In this document: one piece after another, positions 43,101-43,851 of the stretch
Numbering within the stretch: the stretch's first letter is position 1
Layout: each line of letters starts with the position of its first letter
IMG/VR virus record: IMGVR_UViG_2531839640_000007
DNA length: 43,851 nucleotides
Strand: one strand, 5' to 3'
Source of the DNA: a virus
Lineage: Duplodnaviria; Heunggongvirae; Uroviricota; Caudoviricetes
Position numbers and translations under genes: made by a program
The notes under the pieces: generated by a model
Seen by the model: the letters and a program-made list of their open reading frames with translations, nothing else
Told to the model about the DNA's origin: nothing
Database searches by the model: none

Positions 43101-43267
43101 GCACTGCTGCAAGCGCAGGCGCACATGCACATACTGTCGGTATTGGTGCTCATACGCACTCCGTTGCGATTGGCTCACATGGACATACCATCACCGTTAA
43201 CGCTGCGGGTAACGCGGAAAACACCGTCAAAAACATCGCATTTAACTATATTGTGAGGCTTGCATAA
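40194..43267 (+). CDS. stf: Side tail fibre Stf with expanded Ala/Ser-rich repeat region; reading frame broken by apparent 1-bp deletion near 42824-42827 (ORFs 40194-43007 and about 42828-43267)
   Basis: N-terminus [26 protein letters not shown]... and C-terminus ...[22 protein letters not shown] are Stf-like; frame switch inside ...[17 protein letters not shown]... Confidence 0.85.
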
Positions 43268-43851
43268 TGGCATTCAGAATGAGTGAACAACCACGGACCA
43301 TAAAAATTTATAATCTGCTGGCCGGAACTAATGAATTTATTGGTGAAGGTGATGCATATATTCCGTCTCATACAGGTCTGCCAGCAAACAGTACCGATAT
43401 TGCACCGCCGGATATTCCGGCAGGCTTCGTGGCTGTTTTCAACAGTGATGAGGCATCGTGGCATCTCGTTGAAGACCATCGGGGTAAAACGGTTTATGAC
43501 GTGGCTTCCGGCGACGCGTTATTTATTTCTGAACTCGGTCCGTTACCGGAAAATGTTACCTGGTTGTCGCCGGGAGGGGAATATCAGAAGTGGAACGGCA
43601 CAGCCTGGGTGAAAGATGCAGAAGCAGAAAAACTGTTCCGGATCCGGGAGGCGGAAGAAACAAAAAACAGCCTGATGCAGGTAGCCAGTGAGCATATTGC
43701 GCCGCTTCAGGATGCTGCAGATCTGGAAATTGCAACGGAGGAAGAAACCTCGTTGCTGGAAGCCTGGAAGAAGTATCGGGTGTTGCTGAACCGTGTTAAT
43801 ACAACAACTGCACCGGATATTGAATGGCCAACAGTACCCATTATCGAATAG
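43267..43851 (+). CDS. tfa: Tail fibre assembly protein Tfa, 194 aa
   Basis: Recognised lambda Tfa ([37 protein letters not shown]...). Confidence 0.95.
   Translation: MAFRMSEQPRTIKIYNLLAGTNEFIGEGDAYIPSHTGLPANSTDIAPPDIPAGFVAVFNSDEASWHLVEDHRGKTVYDVASGDALFISELGPLPENVTWLSPGGEYQKWNGTAWVKDAEAEKLFRIREAEETKNSLMQVASEHIAPLQDAADLEIATEEETSLLEAWKKYRVLLNRVNTTTAPDIEWPTVPIIE

Overview
The window is the left ~42.5 kb of a lambda-family (lambdoid) prophage integrated at the E. coli lambda attachment site, preceded by the host gene ybhC (1-1284, minus strand). The attL core GCTTTTTTATACTAA lies at 1331-1345 and the window ends exactly at the tfa stop, so attR is not included. All identifications are from reading the sequence and recalling protein families; no database search was run. 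The prophage is mosaic. Lambda-type modules: int/xis, orf60a/orf63/exo/bet/gam, P and ren, cos, and the head and tail genes Nu1 through lom plus tfa. Non-lambda modules: the immunity region (CI-like S24 repressor, Cro-like protein, palindromic GTTGTT-N8-AACAAC operators), a chimeric O gene with five ori iterons, a DLP12/PA-2-like nin and late region (truncated emrE, recombinase remnant, ybcN/ninE/ybcO/rusA/ylcG, 21/82-type Q, an OmpC-family porin, pinholin, SAR endolysin, Rz/Rz1), and a J C-terminus and side tail fibre that differ from lambda. The best candidates for undescribed cargo are: (1) an AT-rich opposite-strand gene for a 200-aa three-helix membrane protein in the xis-exo slot (2893-3947); (2) a 79-aa plus 169-aa gene pair in the nin cargo slot (12234-13606); (3) a 96-aa ORF where N would normally sit (6743-7033); (4) a 179-aa protein at the cII position; and (5) a KilA-N protein followed by an RHH-like/DUF1398-like pair next to cos. 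Apparent 1-bp homopolymer indels affect terminase A, the side tail fibre, the gam N-terminal extension and a 12-codon stretch of H; these may be assembly artefacts or real decay and need raw-read checks.
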